Shown: positions 25,221 to 33,452 of the stretch, one piece after another
Layout of the letters: every line of letters starts with the position of its first letter
Numbering within the stretch: the first letter of the stretch is position 1
From: Candidatus Woesearchaeota archaeon
Lineage (GTDB): Archaea; Nanobdellota; Nanobdellia; Pacearchaeales; GW2011-AR1
Direction of reading: 5' to 3'
Assembly: GCA_964594115.1 (NCBI GenBank)
Contig: CAZQLD010000003.1
Span: 4,225-68,224 of the forward strand
DNA length: 64,000 nt
Translations under genes and position numbers: made by a program
The notes under the pieces: generated by a model
Told to the model about the DNA's origin: nothing
The model's input: the letters and a program-made list of their open reading frames with translations, nothing else
The model's database searches: none

Positions 25221-26164
25221 AAATTGATTCTGTTTTATTCGCAAAAGTCAAAACTTTTGAAGAATTTCAAGAGTTCATCAATAAACTAGACATAAAGGGA
25301 AAGAATTTTATTATCAAACCTAATTGGGTAGAACCCACTAAAGGACAATATACAGAGCCAAAACCTTTGCGCTGGCTTTTTGATTGTTTAAAAGGCAAAA
25401 AAGTAATTATCGAAAGCCATACAGTTTGGAGAAATAAAATTTTAATGGAGACCGGAGAAGTAGTTGTCAATGAAAAAAATGTAAATGAGAAAAAAGATTT
25501 TTTAAGAGAACAGGAAAAATGGTTTCTTGAATCTACTGGTATAAATAATTTATTAAAAGAGTATAATGTTGAATATATTAATGTTACTGAAGAAGTATGG
25601 AAAGGAAAAACTGTTGAGCCAAAAATAATCCAACAAATTGTTGAAAAAAAATTTCCACCAATAAGGCACAAAGAGCTTTATGGTATTATACCCAAGAAAA
25701 TCTTTGAATTAAAAGATGCTGTTTTTATTGACTTTGCTAAACTTAAAACAAACAGAGGTTTTGCAATGACACTCTCTACTAAAAACCTATTTGGATTAAT
25801 TCCTGACCCAAAACGCTCCCCAAAATATCATGATCATGAGGCAAAAATAATCCCTTATGCAGTCCTAGATATAAACAAAATTTACCGTGCATTATTTAAC
25901 TGTATCTTTATTAATGAAGGAATATTTACTGCAGTAGACGGCCCTTCTCCTGAAGAAAGCAGATTAAAAGAAAATGTTAATTTAATTGTTGGAGGGAAAA
26001 ACTCAATTGATGTTGATTTAGTAACTGCAAAACTAGTTGGAATCAGCCCAGAAATCTTATTAAAAAAATTACTTAATCCAACTAAAGAAATCTTTAAGTT
26101 TAACTCTGGAATATTAAATAAAGTTCCAGAGAATTTTACTGATAAATTTACTTATGATAAATAA
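25217..26164 (+). CDS. DUF362-like protein
   Basis: FIIKPNWVEP..GQYTEP resembles the DUF362 opening (KPN motif). ATGA overlap with the eif2a stop. Confidence 0.45.
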   Translation: MKIDSVLFAKVKTFEEFQEFINKLDIKGKNFIIKPNWVEPTKGQYTEPKPLRWLFDCLKGKKVIIESHTVWRNKILMETGEVVVNEKNVNEKKDFLREQEKWFLESTGINNLLKEYNVEYINVTEEVWKGKTVEPKIIQQIVEKKFPPIRHKELYGIIPKKIFELKDAVFIDFAKLKTNRGFAMTLSTKNLFGLIPDPKRSPKYHDHEAKIIPYAVLDINKIYRALFNCIFINEGIFTAVDGPSPEESRLKENVNLIVGGKNSIDVDLVTAKLVGISPEILLKKLLNPTKEIFKFNSGILNKVPENFTDKFTYDK

Positions 26165-26166
26165 AG

Positions 26167-26283
26167 ATGAAACTCAAAAAGTGCCCCGAATGCAAAACAT
26201 ACACACTAAATTCGCTGTGTAAAAAGTGTAAAAAGAAAACAAAACAAGCAGGATATAAATTCAAACACTATACTTTTAAATAA
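26167..26283 (+). CDS. nop10: Nop10-like H/ACA RNP protein (38 aa, below cutoff)
   Basis: Hand translation: MKLKKCPECKTYTLNSLCKKCKKKTKQAGYKFKHYTFK. Zinc-ribbon CPEC..CKKC with the YTL signature. Expected neighbourhood (S27e-aIF2alpha-Nop10). Confidence 0.6.
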   Translation: MKLKKCPECKTYTLNSLCKKCKKKTKQAGYKFKHYTFK

Positions 26284-26331
26284 ATATTAGACAATAATAA
26301 TTAATTTAAATAAAAGAAAAAATACAGAACC

Positions 26332-26640
26332 ATGATTATAGACTATAATGGTAGTGTCCAATTATGGGAGCATAAATATTATGAAGGAGAGAAAAATGGA
26401 GACAGAATTGAGAAAAAAATTAAAAAAATTTCCCATATAGAGTTAAGTGATGGAAAATTAGCATTTAATAAAAATAAAAGCCTCACTGTTGTCAGGATTT
26501 CTAAAGCTTATATTTACAAAGGTAAAGAGAAAACAAAACAATACAGAAGACTAGTCAGAATAGAAACAACTGGAAATGGAAAACCTCCAAAAAACCTAAC
26601 AGGCTTATTAAAAACAGAGGATTTTGAAAAAAAGGTCTAA
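26332..26640 (+). CDS. Hypothetical 102-aa protein
   Basis: ORF only. No motif recognised. Confidence 0.35.
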   Translation: MIIDYNGSVQLWEHKYYEGEKNGDRIEKKIKKISHIELSDGKLAFNKNKSLTVVRISKAYIYKGKEKTKQYRRLVRIETTGNGKPPKNLTGLLKTEDFEKKV

Positions 26641-27872
26641 AATAATTTTGCCTGTTTTTCAGGAAGTATGGCTTGTCCATAAACCCCATCATAACCTGGC
26701 TTAACTTTTATCCTGCCCTGCCTATTTAAAATTATCAATTCAACTAATAACTCATTTTTCAAAACTTTAGCTAACTCAATTTTTTCCACATTTAATAAAA
26801 TATTAAACTCATTTTTAAAATGCTCAATTAACTCATTATAAACTCTCCAGCAGGATTTTGAATTCATTCCAGAACCTAAAGCTAAAGAAATCAGTTCATG
26901 CAAAGGAAGAAGAGTGTAATATTTTTTCTTATTTTTATAATCTGCCGGTCCTTGTTTTCCAGATAACTCATCAACCCTATATTCAACACCAACAATCAAA
27001 TTACTGCCACATTTAGGACATCTTCCCTCCAGTCTTCTTGTTTCTTCAAAACTACAAGAAAAATCACAATTCCTATGGCCATCATAATGATATTTTCCAT
27101 AAGCAGGGTCCACTTCAATAGTTCCAATAAATCTATTGGTTCTTATTTGATTTAATATAACCTCATAAGAAAGTTTTTCATTTTCTTCTAATTTAAATAT
27201 AGTTGATTCTCTTCCAATTCTCCAAGGCCAAAACGAATGAGAATCAGAAAAACTTACAATAGAAATGTTATCTAATTCTTTTATTTTCCAGTTCATCTCA
27301 GGATCTGAAGAAAGCCCTGTCTCAATCGCATGAATTCTGTCAACCTTATCTCCAAAAGCCTCCTTTAAACTATCAAACCCTCCCTTGCTTCCAAAAATTC
27401 CAAACCAGGGTGTCCAGATATGTGCAGGAATAACCTCAATTCTCTCATCAATCTCCTGCATTTTTGCAACAAAGTCTCTGCAAGTTATTCCAAAAATAGG
27501 TCTCCCATCATAATCTCTTCTTCCTTTTGTATCTAAATACTCATTAATCTTGTCTACTACTTCTAAACTTGGGGCTAAATAAACTAAATGAACTCTCCTG
27601 CCTTTTTCATCTTGACTATAAATTAAACTTATTTCAGAACTTAAAATAAATGGAAACTTTCCTTCTTCATCCTCATACCACAAAATCCCATTTTCTTCTC
27701 TTAATTCTTCTAATTCAATGAGCCACTGAGGATGTGTAAAATCTCCTGTCCCTAATAAACCCAAACCTTTTACACGGGCCCATTTAACCAAATTCAGTAT
27801 ATTTAGCTGACTGCTACAAGCCCTTGAAAATCTAGAGTGTATATGCAAATCTCCAATAATTTCTCTAACCAT
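26637..27872 (-). CDS. PHP-domain nuclease, endonuclease Q-like
   Basis: N-terminal GDLHIHSRFSRA, GTGDFTHPQW, HAIETGLSSD, and zinc ribbon RCPKCGSNLIVGVEYRVDEL. About 411 aa. First ATG at 27872; the tracked start 27878 is GTG. Confidence 0.65.
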   Translation of the reverse strand: MVREIIGDLHIHSRFSRACSSQLNILNLVKWARVKGLGLLGTGDFTHPQWLIELEELREENGILWYEDEEGKFPFILSSEISLIYSQDEKGRRVHLVYLAPSLEVVDKINEYLDTKGRRDYDGRPIFGITCRDFVAKMQEIDERIEVIPAHIWTPWFGIFGSKGGFDSLKEAFGDKVDRIHAIETGLSSDPEMNWKIKELDNISIVSFSDSHSFWPWRIGRESTIFKLEENEKLSYEVILNQIRTNRFIGTIEVDPAYGKYHYDGHRNCDFSCSFEETRRLEGRCPKCGSNLIVGVEYRVDELSGKQGPADYKNKKKYYTLLPLHELISLALGSGMNSKSCWRVYNELIEHFKNEFNILLNVEKIELAKVLKNELLVELIILNRQGRIKVKPGYDGVYGQAILPEKQAKLF

Positions 27873-27909
27873 AAACACAAAAGAAAAAATTAGTTTTTAT
27901 AGATTATTG

Positions 27910-27933
27910 TTCTTAGCTTAAACTCTTAAAAAT
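27910..27933 (+). repeat. 24-bp direct repeat, copy 1 (TTCTTAGCTTAAACTCTTAAAAAT), upstream of the SDR gene
   Basis: Identical to 28780..28803. The flanks are also similar (GATTATTG/GATTAATT before, TAACC after). Confidence 0.9.
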
Positions 27934-27983
27934 ATATAACCTATCACAAGAATTCTTAAAAATACTATTTCTATGGGTTTTTC

Positions 27984-28778
27984 ATGGACTCGGGATTAAA
28001 AAATAAAATAGCTATTGTAACAGGCGGTGCAGCAGGAATTGGAAAAGCCACAGTAGAACTATTAGCAGAAGAAGGTGCAGTCCCAGTATTTATTGATAAT
28101 AATAAAAGGGCAGGGGAAAGACTAAGCAAAAACCTTAATAAAGAAAACAAATTTATATGTGGTGATTTAAGAGATGAAAAATTCTGCAAACAAGCTGTAG
28201 AGAAAACAATAAAAGATTATAAAAGATTAAATATTTTGATAAACAATGCTGGAAGAAATGACTTCCTTGAAATAGATAATACTTCTCCTCAAAAATTTAG
28301 AGAATCTTTAGAAGAAAATTTAGTTCAATATTATTCTATGACCTATTATAGCTGGCCCCATTTAAAGAAAAGTAAAGGAAATATTGTCTTTGTTGGATCA
28401 AAGGTAGCAGTAGTTGGAGAGGGAAAAACCATAGCTTATGCAGCAGCAAAAGGAGCAATAAATAGTTTAACAAGAGAACTAGCAACAAAAGCAGTTAATG
28501 AAAAACTTGGAATAAGGGTAAATTGTGTACTTCCGGGAGTTGTTGCAACCCCACAACATCAAGCCTATATAAAAAAAACATATGGTGATCTTAAAAGAGG
28601 GAATCAAATATTTGGGCAAAGAATTCCACTAGGCAATAGACCAACAACACCTAGAGAAGTAGCTAATGAAATTATATTTTTAGCTTCAAAACTTGCATCA
28701 CATACAACAGGACAATTAAGATTTCCAGAAGGGGGATATGTTCATCTAGATAGGCAGGTTACAGGAAAATATGATTAA
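27984..28778 (+). CDS. Short-chain dehydrogenase/reductase (SDR)
   Basis: VTGGAAGIGKAT (TGxxxGxG), LINNAGR, YAAAKGA (YxxxK), PGVVATP. Confidence 0.85.
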   Translation: MDSGLKNKIAIVTGGAAGIGKATVELLAEEGAVPVFIDNNKRAGERLSKNLNKENKFICGDLRDEKFCKQAVEKTIKDYKRLNILINNAGRNDFLEIDNTSPQKFRESLEENLVQYYSMTYYSWPHLKKSKGNIVFVGSKVAVVGEGKTIAYAAAKGAINSLTRELATKAVNEKLGIRVNCVLPGVVATPQHQAYIKKTYGDLKRGNQIFGQRIPLGNRPTTPREVANEIIFLASKLASHTTGQLRFPEGGYVHLDRQVTGKYD

Positions 28779-28779
28779 T

Positions 28780-28803
28780 TTCTTAGCTTAAACTCTTAAA
28801 AAT
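28780..28803 (+). repeat. 24-bp direct repeat, copy 2, spanning the stop codon and last codons of ORF 28788..29312
   Basis: Identical to 27910..27933. Overlaps the 3' end (..FLRV*) of the minus-strand membrane-protein gene. Confidence 0.9.
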
Positions 28804-29312
28804 CTAACCAATTGATAAATATCTCCTGGAAGGTAAGTTACATTTGCAAGAGTTATTTGAACTAAAGCAATCAGCCACATAAATAATATCCAGTTAACAG
28901 CTAATACCCATGTTAAATTCACGCTCTTACCAAATCTTATTTTATAAAAAAGATACACATTAGAAATAGTTAAATAAATTGCAATTAAAAATAGAAATTT
29001 TAAATCAGAAACTATACCTGCAATATTAACCTCTGTCCTCTGATATTTATCCAGTTTTTTGTACTCAGTAAGACTAAATCTTGTAACCCCTAATTTATCA
29101 TTTTGCGGATTAAAAAAATTAGGTATTGTTGACAATAAATCAATCTCATAATAACTCTCAACACCATATTTTTCTAAAGTATTAAAATGCCCTCTTTCAT
29201 GAAAATAAGTAGATATTTGCACAAGATATGGAAGAATAAAAAATATGCTCACAAACAGAAAAAAAGCTACTTTAAGTACCTTCGCTGCCTCTTTTTTAAA
29301 CTCCTCATTCAT
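28788..29312 (-). CDS. Polytopic membrane protein with HExxH motif (putative metalloprotease)
   Basis: FHERGHF (HExxH) after the first TM, then four to five hydrophobic segments. Confidence 0.45.
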   Translation of the reverse strand: MNEEFKKEAAKVLKVAFFLFVSIFFILPYLVQISTYFHERGHFNTLEKYGVESYYEIDLLSTIPNFFNPQNDKLGVTRFSLTEYKKLDKYQRTEVNIAGIVSDLKFLFLIAIYLTISNVYLFYKIRFGKSVNLTWVLAVNWILFMWLIALVQITLANVTYLPGDIYQLVRFLRV

Positions 29313-29364
29313 AGTAAATAAACAGAAATAAAGTTAATAAATGTTACCTTCATTTTACAATAAT

Positions 29365-29465
29365 GTCCCTATAGTTCAATTGGATAGAACGCGACCTTGC
29401 GGTTGGAAAGAGAAAACTAGGTTTGCAAAAAGGTTGTAATCGGGGTTCAAGTCCTCGTGGGGACA
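29365..29465 (+). tRNA. tRNA-Arg (anticodon GCG) with 28-nt intron at 37/38 (29403..29430)
   Basis: Acceptor GTCCCTA/TGGGGAC, anticodon stem CGACC/GGTTG with loop TTGCGG|..|A. Central helix TTGC/GCAA flanked by 3-nt bulges GGT and AAA. T arm CGGGG-TTCAAGT-CCTCG. Confidence 0.85.
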
Positions 29466-29470
29466 TTCTT

Positions 29471-30457
29471 TCAAACCTCATCCCTTAAGCCATCTGCTGT
29501 AATAAAAAAAACAGTCTCATTTTCCGGCAGATTGGGACTATCAATCATCTTTGCGACTCTGCTGTCTTTCTTGCCTCTTCTTAAATACATCCTGTAAGTT
29601 GAAGCATGCCCTACTATATGCCCTCCTATAGCTGTTGTAGGATCTCCAAACATCAGTGCAGGATTTGCCATAACCTGATTCGTAACATAAATAGCAAGAT
29701 TATACTGTTCTGCCAGTCTCATTAGTGTATGCAAATACCTGTTTAACTTTTGTTGTCTGTCTGCTAACTGCCCTCTTCCAGAAAATTCTGCCCTAAAATG
29801 TGCAGTTAAACTATCAATAACTACTAATTTTATTGGCTCCCCATCTTTAATCATTTCTCCTATCCTATCTATTAATAAAATCTGATGATCTGAGTTTAAA
29901 GCCCTGGCAACAAGTATATTCTTAAGTATTTTTTCAGGATTTGCGCCCATTGCTTCTGCAATCTGCTTTACTCTTTCAGGCCTAAATGTTCCTTCTGTAT
30001 CAATATAAACCGCCTTCCCATTTGCACCACCCATATCTAAAGGCAACTGAACATTTACAGCCAAGCTTAATCCAAGCTGTGTTTTTCCACTGCCATAAGC
30101 TCCAAAACTTTCTGTCATTGACTTTGTTTCTACACCCCTCCCCCCCAGAAGATTGTCTAGATTTTTACTTCCAGTTGTAATATAAAGAACCTCTTCTCTT
30201 TTCTTAGCAAAATCCGTGCCTGTCTGAAATCCAAGTTTCATCATTTTTCTTGCTGCCTGTATAGACTTTCTTGCTACAGCTTCACCAACCCCTGCTAACT
30301 CAGATAATCCAGGAGGAGTCATTACTGCAAGCCCCATCAAATCATAAACTCCAGCAGCTTCCAGCTTTGCAATAGAGCTCGGACCAATTCCAGGCAGGTC
30401 ACTTAACTTATATTCTTTCTCTTCTTTTCCCTCAGCTTTCCCTTTTTTTTCAGCCAT
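29471..30457 (-). CDS. radA: DNA repair and recombination protein RadA
   Basis: N-terminal HhH LSDLPGIGPSSIAKLEAAGV, Walker A FGAYGSGKTQ, Walker B KLVVIDSL, C-terminal GGHIVGHAS. Confidence 0.92.
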   Translation of the reverse strand: MAEKKGKAEGKEEKEYKLSDLPGIGPSSIAKLEAAGVYDLMGLAVMTPPGLSELAGVGEAVARKSIQAARKMMKLGFQTGTDFAKKREEVLYITTGSKNLDNLLGGRGVETKSMTESFGAYGSGKTQLGLSLAVNVQLPLDMGGANGKAVYIDTEGTFRPERVKQIAEAMGANPEKILKNILVARALNSDHQILLIDRIGEMIKDGEPIKLVVIDSLTAHFRAEFSGRGQLADRQQKLNRYLHTLMRLAEQYNLAIYVTNQVMANPALMFGDPTTAIGGHIVGHASTYRMYLRRGKKDSRVAKMIDSPNLPENETVFFITADGLRDEV

Positions 30458-30482
30458 TTTTAGTTCTTTTTTTCCAACTTAA

Positions 30483-30522
30483 TTTCTTTCTTCCTAAGTT
30501 CTTTCTTTTTTAAAGAAAGAAG
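30483..30522 (-). promoter_or_regulatory. Cassette A: 40-nt conserved promoter-like element upstream of radA
   Basis: Sense strand CTTCTTTCTTTAAAAAAGAAAGAACTTAGGAAGAAAGAAA. Inverted repeat TTCTTTC/GAAAGAA around TTTAAAAAA. 39/40 identical to 54865..54904 and 38/40 to 37117..37156. Confidence 0.6.
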
Positions 30523-30599
30523 CTATTTCTAAGAAAAGAAAGCTGTTTTATAAGTTTTACCTTGATTTATTATATATTTCAAAACATATTATAAATTTA

Positions 30600-31049
30600 T
30601 CAGAAAAACATAAAAACCACTAAAGTAATATCTATCAAAACAAAAGCAAGAAAAATGCTTGTTTCTACTAAGCTTCCTGTCTTTAATCTCCAGTTACTCT
30701 TCTTTTTATAAGGCCAAAAAGGTATTATTCCTTCCATTGTAAAACTATCTACAAATAAATGTATACCATAACCCATAAAAAAAGCTAAACTTGCAGAAGG
30801 TAAGAAAAAAGCTAATAAAAAAGAAACAATAATACAAAAAGTAAAACTATGGAAGGGGCCTCTATGCTTTACAAAAAACTGTAAAAAACTAAAGCCTTTA
30901 AATTTTCCAATAGTTGAAAATCCTGTGTCAATATCTGGCAATAATGTAGCAATAAGGGTCACAAAAATAAACAATAATTGATTATTGACATGTTTCACAA
31001 ATAAGATTATTGCAAAGATTACCAAAGCCAAATGTGTTCTTAACAGCAT
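30600..31049 (-). CDS. Membrane-bound metal-dependent hydrolase, YdjM/DUF457-like
   Basis: THLALV.., LLPDIDT, HRGPFHS, and four to five TM segments. Confidence 0.55.
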   Translation of the reverse strand: MLLRTHLALVIFAIILFVKHVNNQLLFIFVTLIATLLPDIDTGFSTIGKFKGFSFLQFFVKHRGPFHSFTFCIIVSFLLAFFLPSASLAFFMGYGIHLFVDSFTMEGIIPFWPYKKKSNWRLKTGSLVETSIFLAFVLIDITLVVFMFF

Positions 31050-31063
31050 TTTAAATTCCTCTT

Positions 31064-31480
31064 TTAAATAATATCCCCTTTTTCAATTAAAAACTTTATG
31101 TTAGGAGCAACATTATGCTTTCCCTGCTTAATTTCCTTAATTGGCAACCACTTAATCTTTTTTATTGGAGGGATTGGCCTTACTTCTTCTTTATTTTTTA
31201 ATTTAGCTAAATAATGAATAAGAAGAATCACCATTTTTTCTTTTGTCTGTGGGTTTTCCCACAAAACCATCGGATGCAATGGCTTAATTATCTCAATTTC
31301 AGCATTATTTTCTTCTTTTGTCTCCCTATGGCAGGCTTCTTCTAAACTCTCTACTTCTTCTTCAATTGTACCTCCAGGCAACTTGTAAAAATCATCCCTG
31401 TCATCCATATTCACCATCAACCTATTGTCTTCAATAATTACAGGCCCTGAAGCAATAATAAATTTCCCTTCCATTTTCAA
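31064..31480 (-). CDS. NUDIX hydrolase
   Basis: Nudix box GGTIEEEVESLEEACHRETKEENNAEI. Confidence 0.7.
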   Translation of the reverse strand: MKMEGKFIIASGPVIIEDNRLMVNMDDRDDFYKLPGGTIEEEVESLEEACHRETKEENNAEIEIIKPLHPMVLWENPQTKEKMVILLIHYLAKLKNKEEVRPIPPIKKIKWLPIKEIKQGKHNVAPNIKFLIEKGDII

Positions 31481-31504
31481 AAAAAAACTAAGAAATATAT
31501 AAAC

Positions 31505-32434
31505 CTATCCTTTCTCTAGCTCCTCTATTAACTTATCAATATCTACCTCTCTTGTATCCTGGACAAAAAACTCCAAATTACCATAAAGTTTATTCTGTCT
31601 TGCCTGTCCTGAAAAAAATATTTCTTTCCCAAAAAGTTCTGCCCTTTTTTTCAGAAAATTAGCTTCTAATTCCCCACTGCCTGTTAGCTTGCTTATTTGT
31701 TCTGAAAACAAAACAGCTCTTATTGTCTCTGTGCCATCATCTAAAACTAAACTTAAAAGAGACCGTCTTTCCCCTGTAACCTTCCCATGTTCCTGGCACT
31801 CATTTGTTTCACTTACTTTCTTTCCACAAGCAGGACATACAGTAAAAAAACGCGGTTCAAATATCTGAACAATAACTGCTCTGACTTCTGCATTATCTCC
31901 CTGCCCAAGATTTTGAATCTTTTTTTCCTGCAATACTCTTTTTACCTGGACATTTTCCAAAACCTCATTTGACAACTTAATATCTGAAAATCCGGTTAAA
32001 TGTAATTCCATATTTCTCACAGCAGCATTGGTTATCTCTATAACATCCTCTCGTTTAATCCTACCCTGTTCAATTAAAGCAATATGATTAGTATCCCATA
32101 AAACAGTTCTTATATTACTTGTATCATCAGCAATAACAAAGCTGCCTATTTTACCCTGTCTTCCATCTTTATTATAAGACCTTACAGGAAACATCTCTAC
32201 AATTTTTCCGAAAACATTAACTCTTTTCATTCCAGAAACCAGTTCAGAAACCTTCATTTTTTCTTTATCAAATGAAATACCAAGTTCTGAAGCCACAACT
32301 TGTGCTGCTCCTTCCTTGCTTATTAATCCAGAAAGTTTTGCTCTCTTAGCTTCAATTCTCCTTTCTATATCTTCCATAGAAAGACCAGAGCTTCTTGATA
32401 TTCTTTCAACAAGCTGATTATAATTCTGCAACAT
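31505..32434 (-). CDS. Replication protein A-like ssDNA-binding protein (OB folds plus zinc ribbon)
   Basis: Two OB-like segments (VNVFGKIVEMFPVRSY.., AEVRAVIVQIFEPRFF) and CPACGKKVSETNECQEHG. Confidence 0.65.
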   Translation of the reverse strand: MLQNYNQLVERISRSSGLSMEDIERRIEAKRAKLSGLISKEGAAQVVASELGISFDKEKMKVSELVSGMKRVNVFGKIVEMFPVRSYNKDGRQGKIGSFVIADDTSNIRTVLWDTNHIALIEQGRIKREDVIEITNAAVRNMELHLTGFSDIKLSNEVLENVQVKRVLQEKKIQNLGQGDNAEVRAVIVQIFEPRFFTVCPACGKKVSETNECQEHGKVTGERRSLLSLVLDDGTETIRAVLFSEQISKLTGSGELEANFLKKRAELFGKEIFFSGQARQNKLYGNLEFFVQDTREVDIDKLIEELEKG

Positions 32435-32549
32435 TTTACCTTTTTTTACATTTAATAATATCTCAAAAAATTACCTCTATTTAAAAATTGTTGTTTAGCA
32501 ACATAATCATCATAAAAAGATTTATAAACAAAGTAAATAAAAAAATGAT

Positions 32550-32819
32550 ATGGCAGGAACAAATGCTGTTACAGTTCAGGTAATGCCCAAATCTCCAGAA
32601 ACTAATCTAGAGAAAATAAAGAATAAAATACAGGAAAAGCTAAAAAAAGCTAAAAATATCCAGTCAGAAGAAAAAGATATTGCCTTTGGCCTTAAAGCCC
32701 TGCAAGTTATAGTAGCATGGCCAGAAGATTCTGAAACAGATGAAATAGAAAACATAATTTCAAAAATTGAAGGGGTTTCTTCTTGTAAAATTGAAGATAT
32801 TAGACGAGCTTTTGGTTAA
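32550..32819 (+). CDS. Elongation factor aEF-1 beta
   Basis: 89 aa. VMPKSPETNLEKIK.., DIAFGLKALQV, VSSCKIEDIRRAFG. Confidence 0.75.
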   Translation: MAGTNAVTVQVMPKSPETNLEKIKNKIQEKLKKAKNIQSEEKDIAFGLKALQVIVAWPEDSETDEIENIISKIEGVSSCKIEDIRRAFG

Positions 32820-32861
32820 AATTTCAGATAAATATAAAAACTGTCTTGCTCTTTCTTTATT

Positions 32862-33452
32862 ATGTTAACAGAAGAACAGGTTAAAGATATAAAAGGACAA
32901 TTACTTAAACAAGTAGAAAATTTTCCCCCAGAACAAAAAGATACAGCTAAACAGCAAATTGAAGCTATGGATGCTGCTCAGCTTGAGACATTTTTAGAGA
33001 AAAATAAACTTATAAAAGATTCTGGATGTATTTTTTGTTCTATAGCTAAAGGAGATACTGCCAGTTATAAAATAAATGAAAACCAAGAGGCCATAGCTGT
33101 TCTTGACATAAATCCTGTTTCTAAAGGACAAGCATTAGTTCTTCCAAAAGAACATAAACCAACTGAAGAAACTAATTCTCTCCAGCTTGCACAAGAAACA
33201 GCAAAAAACTTGAAAGCAAAATTAGGAGCAGAAGATGTAAAAATAGAAACAGCTAATGTTCAGGGACACGGAATAATAAATATAATTCCCCTTTACAAAG
33301 ACAAAAAACTTGAAAGAAAAAAAGCAAATGACAAAGAACTATATGAATTACAGCAAAAACTAAAAGAAGAACCAAAACCAGTTGAAGAAAAAAAGCCAAA
33401 AAAGAAAATAAAAGTGACAGACCTACCAAAAGCCCCAGTAAGAATGCCTTAA
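32862..33452 (+). CDS. HIT-family-like protein with degenerate histidine triad
   Basis: CIFCSIAKGD..AIAVLDINPVSKGQALVLPKEH is HIT-like. The triad position reads GHGIINIIP instead of HxHxHxx. Extra N-terminal about 50 aa and a Lys-rich tail. Confidence 0.55.
   Translation: MLTEEQVKDIKGQLLKQVENFPPEQKDTAKQQIEAMDAAQLETFLEKNKLIKDSGCIFCSIAKGDTASYKINENQEAIAVLDINPVSKGQALVLPKEHKPTEETNSLQLAQETAKNLKAKLGAEDVKIETANVQGHGIINIIPLYKDKKLERKKANDKELYELQQKLKEEPKPVEEKKPKKKIKVTDLPKAPVRMP

Noticed and set aside
25267-25671. Tracked antisense 134-aa ORF
   Set aside because: It is inside the DUF362-like ORF. It is a Ser/Phe-rich shadow of an AAA/GAA-rich sense strand.
27880-28810. SDR island as a bona fide mobile element
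   Set aside because: There is no integrase, transposase or terminal inverted repeats, only the direct repeats. It is reported as an insertion footprint, not annotated as a mobile element.
30483-30522. Cassettes A-D as transcription terminators or MITE-like mobile elements
   Set aside because: The stem is only 7 AT-rich bp with a 9-nt A/T loop. No flanking target duplications or terminal inverted repeats were seen. Every copy is oriented toward, and close to, a downstream start codon, which favours a promoter/operator role.
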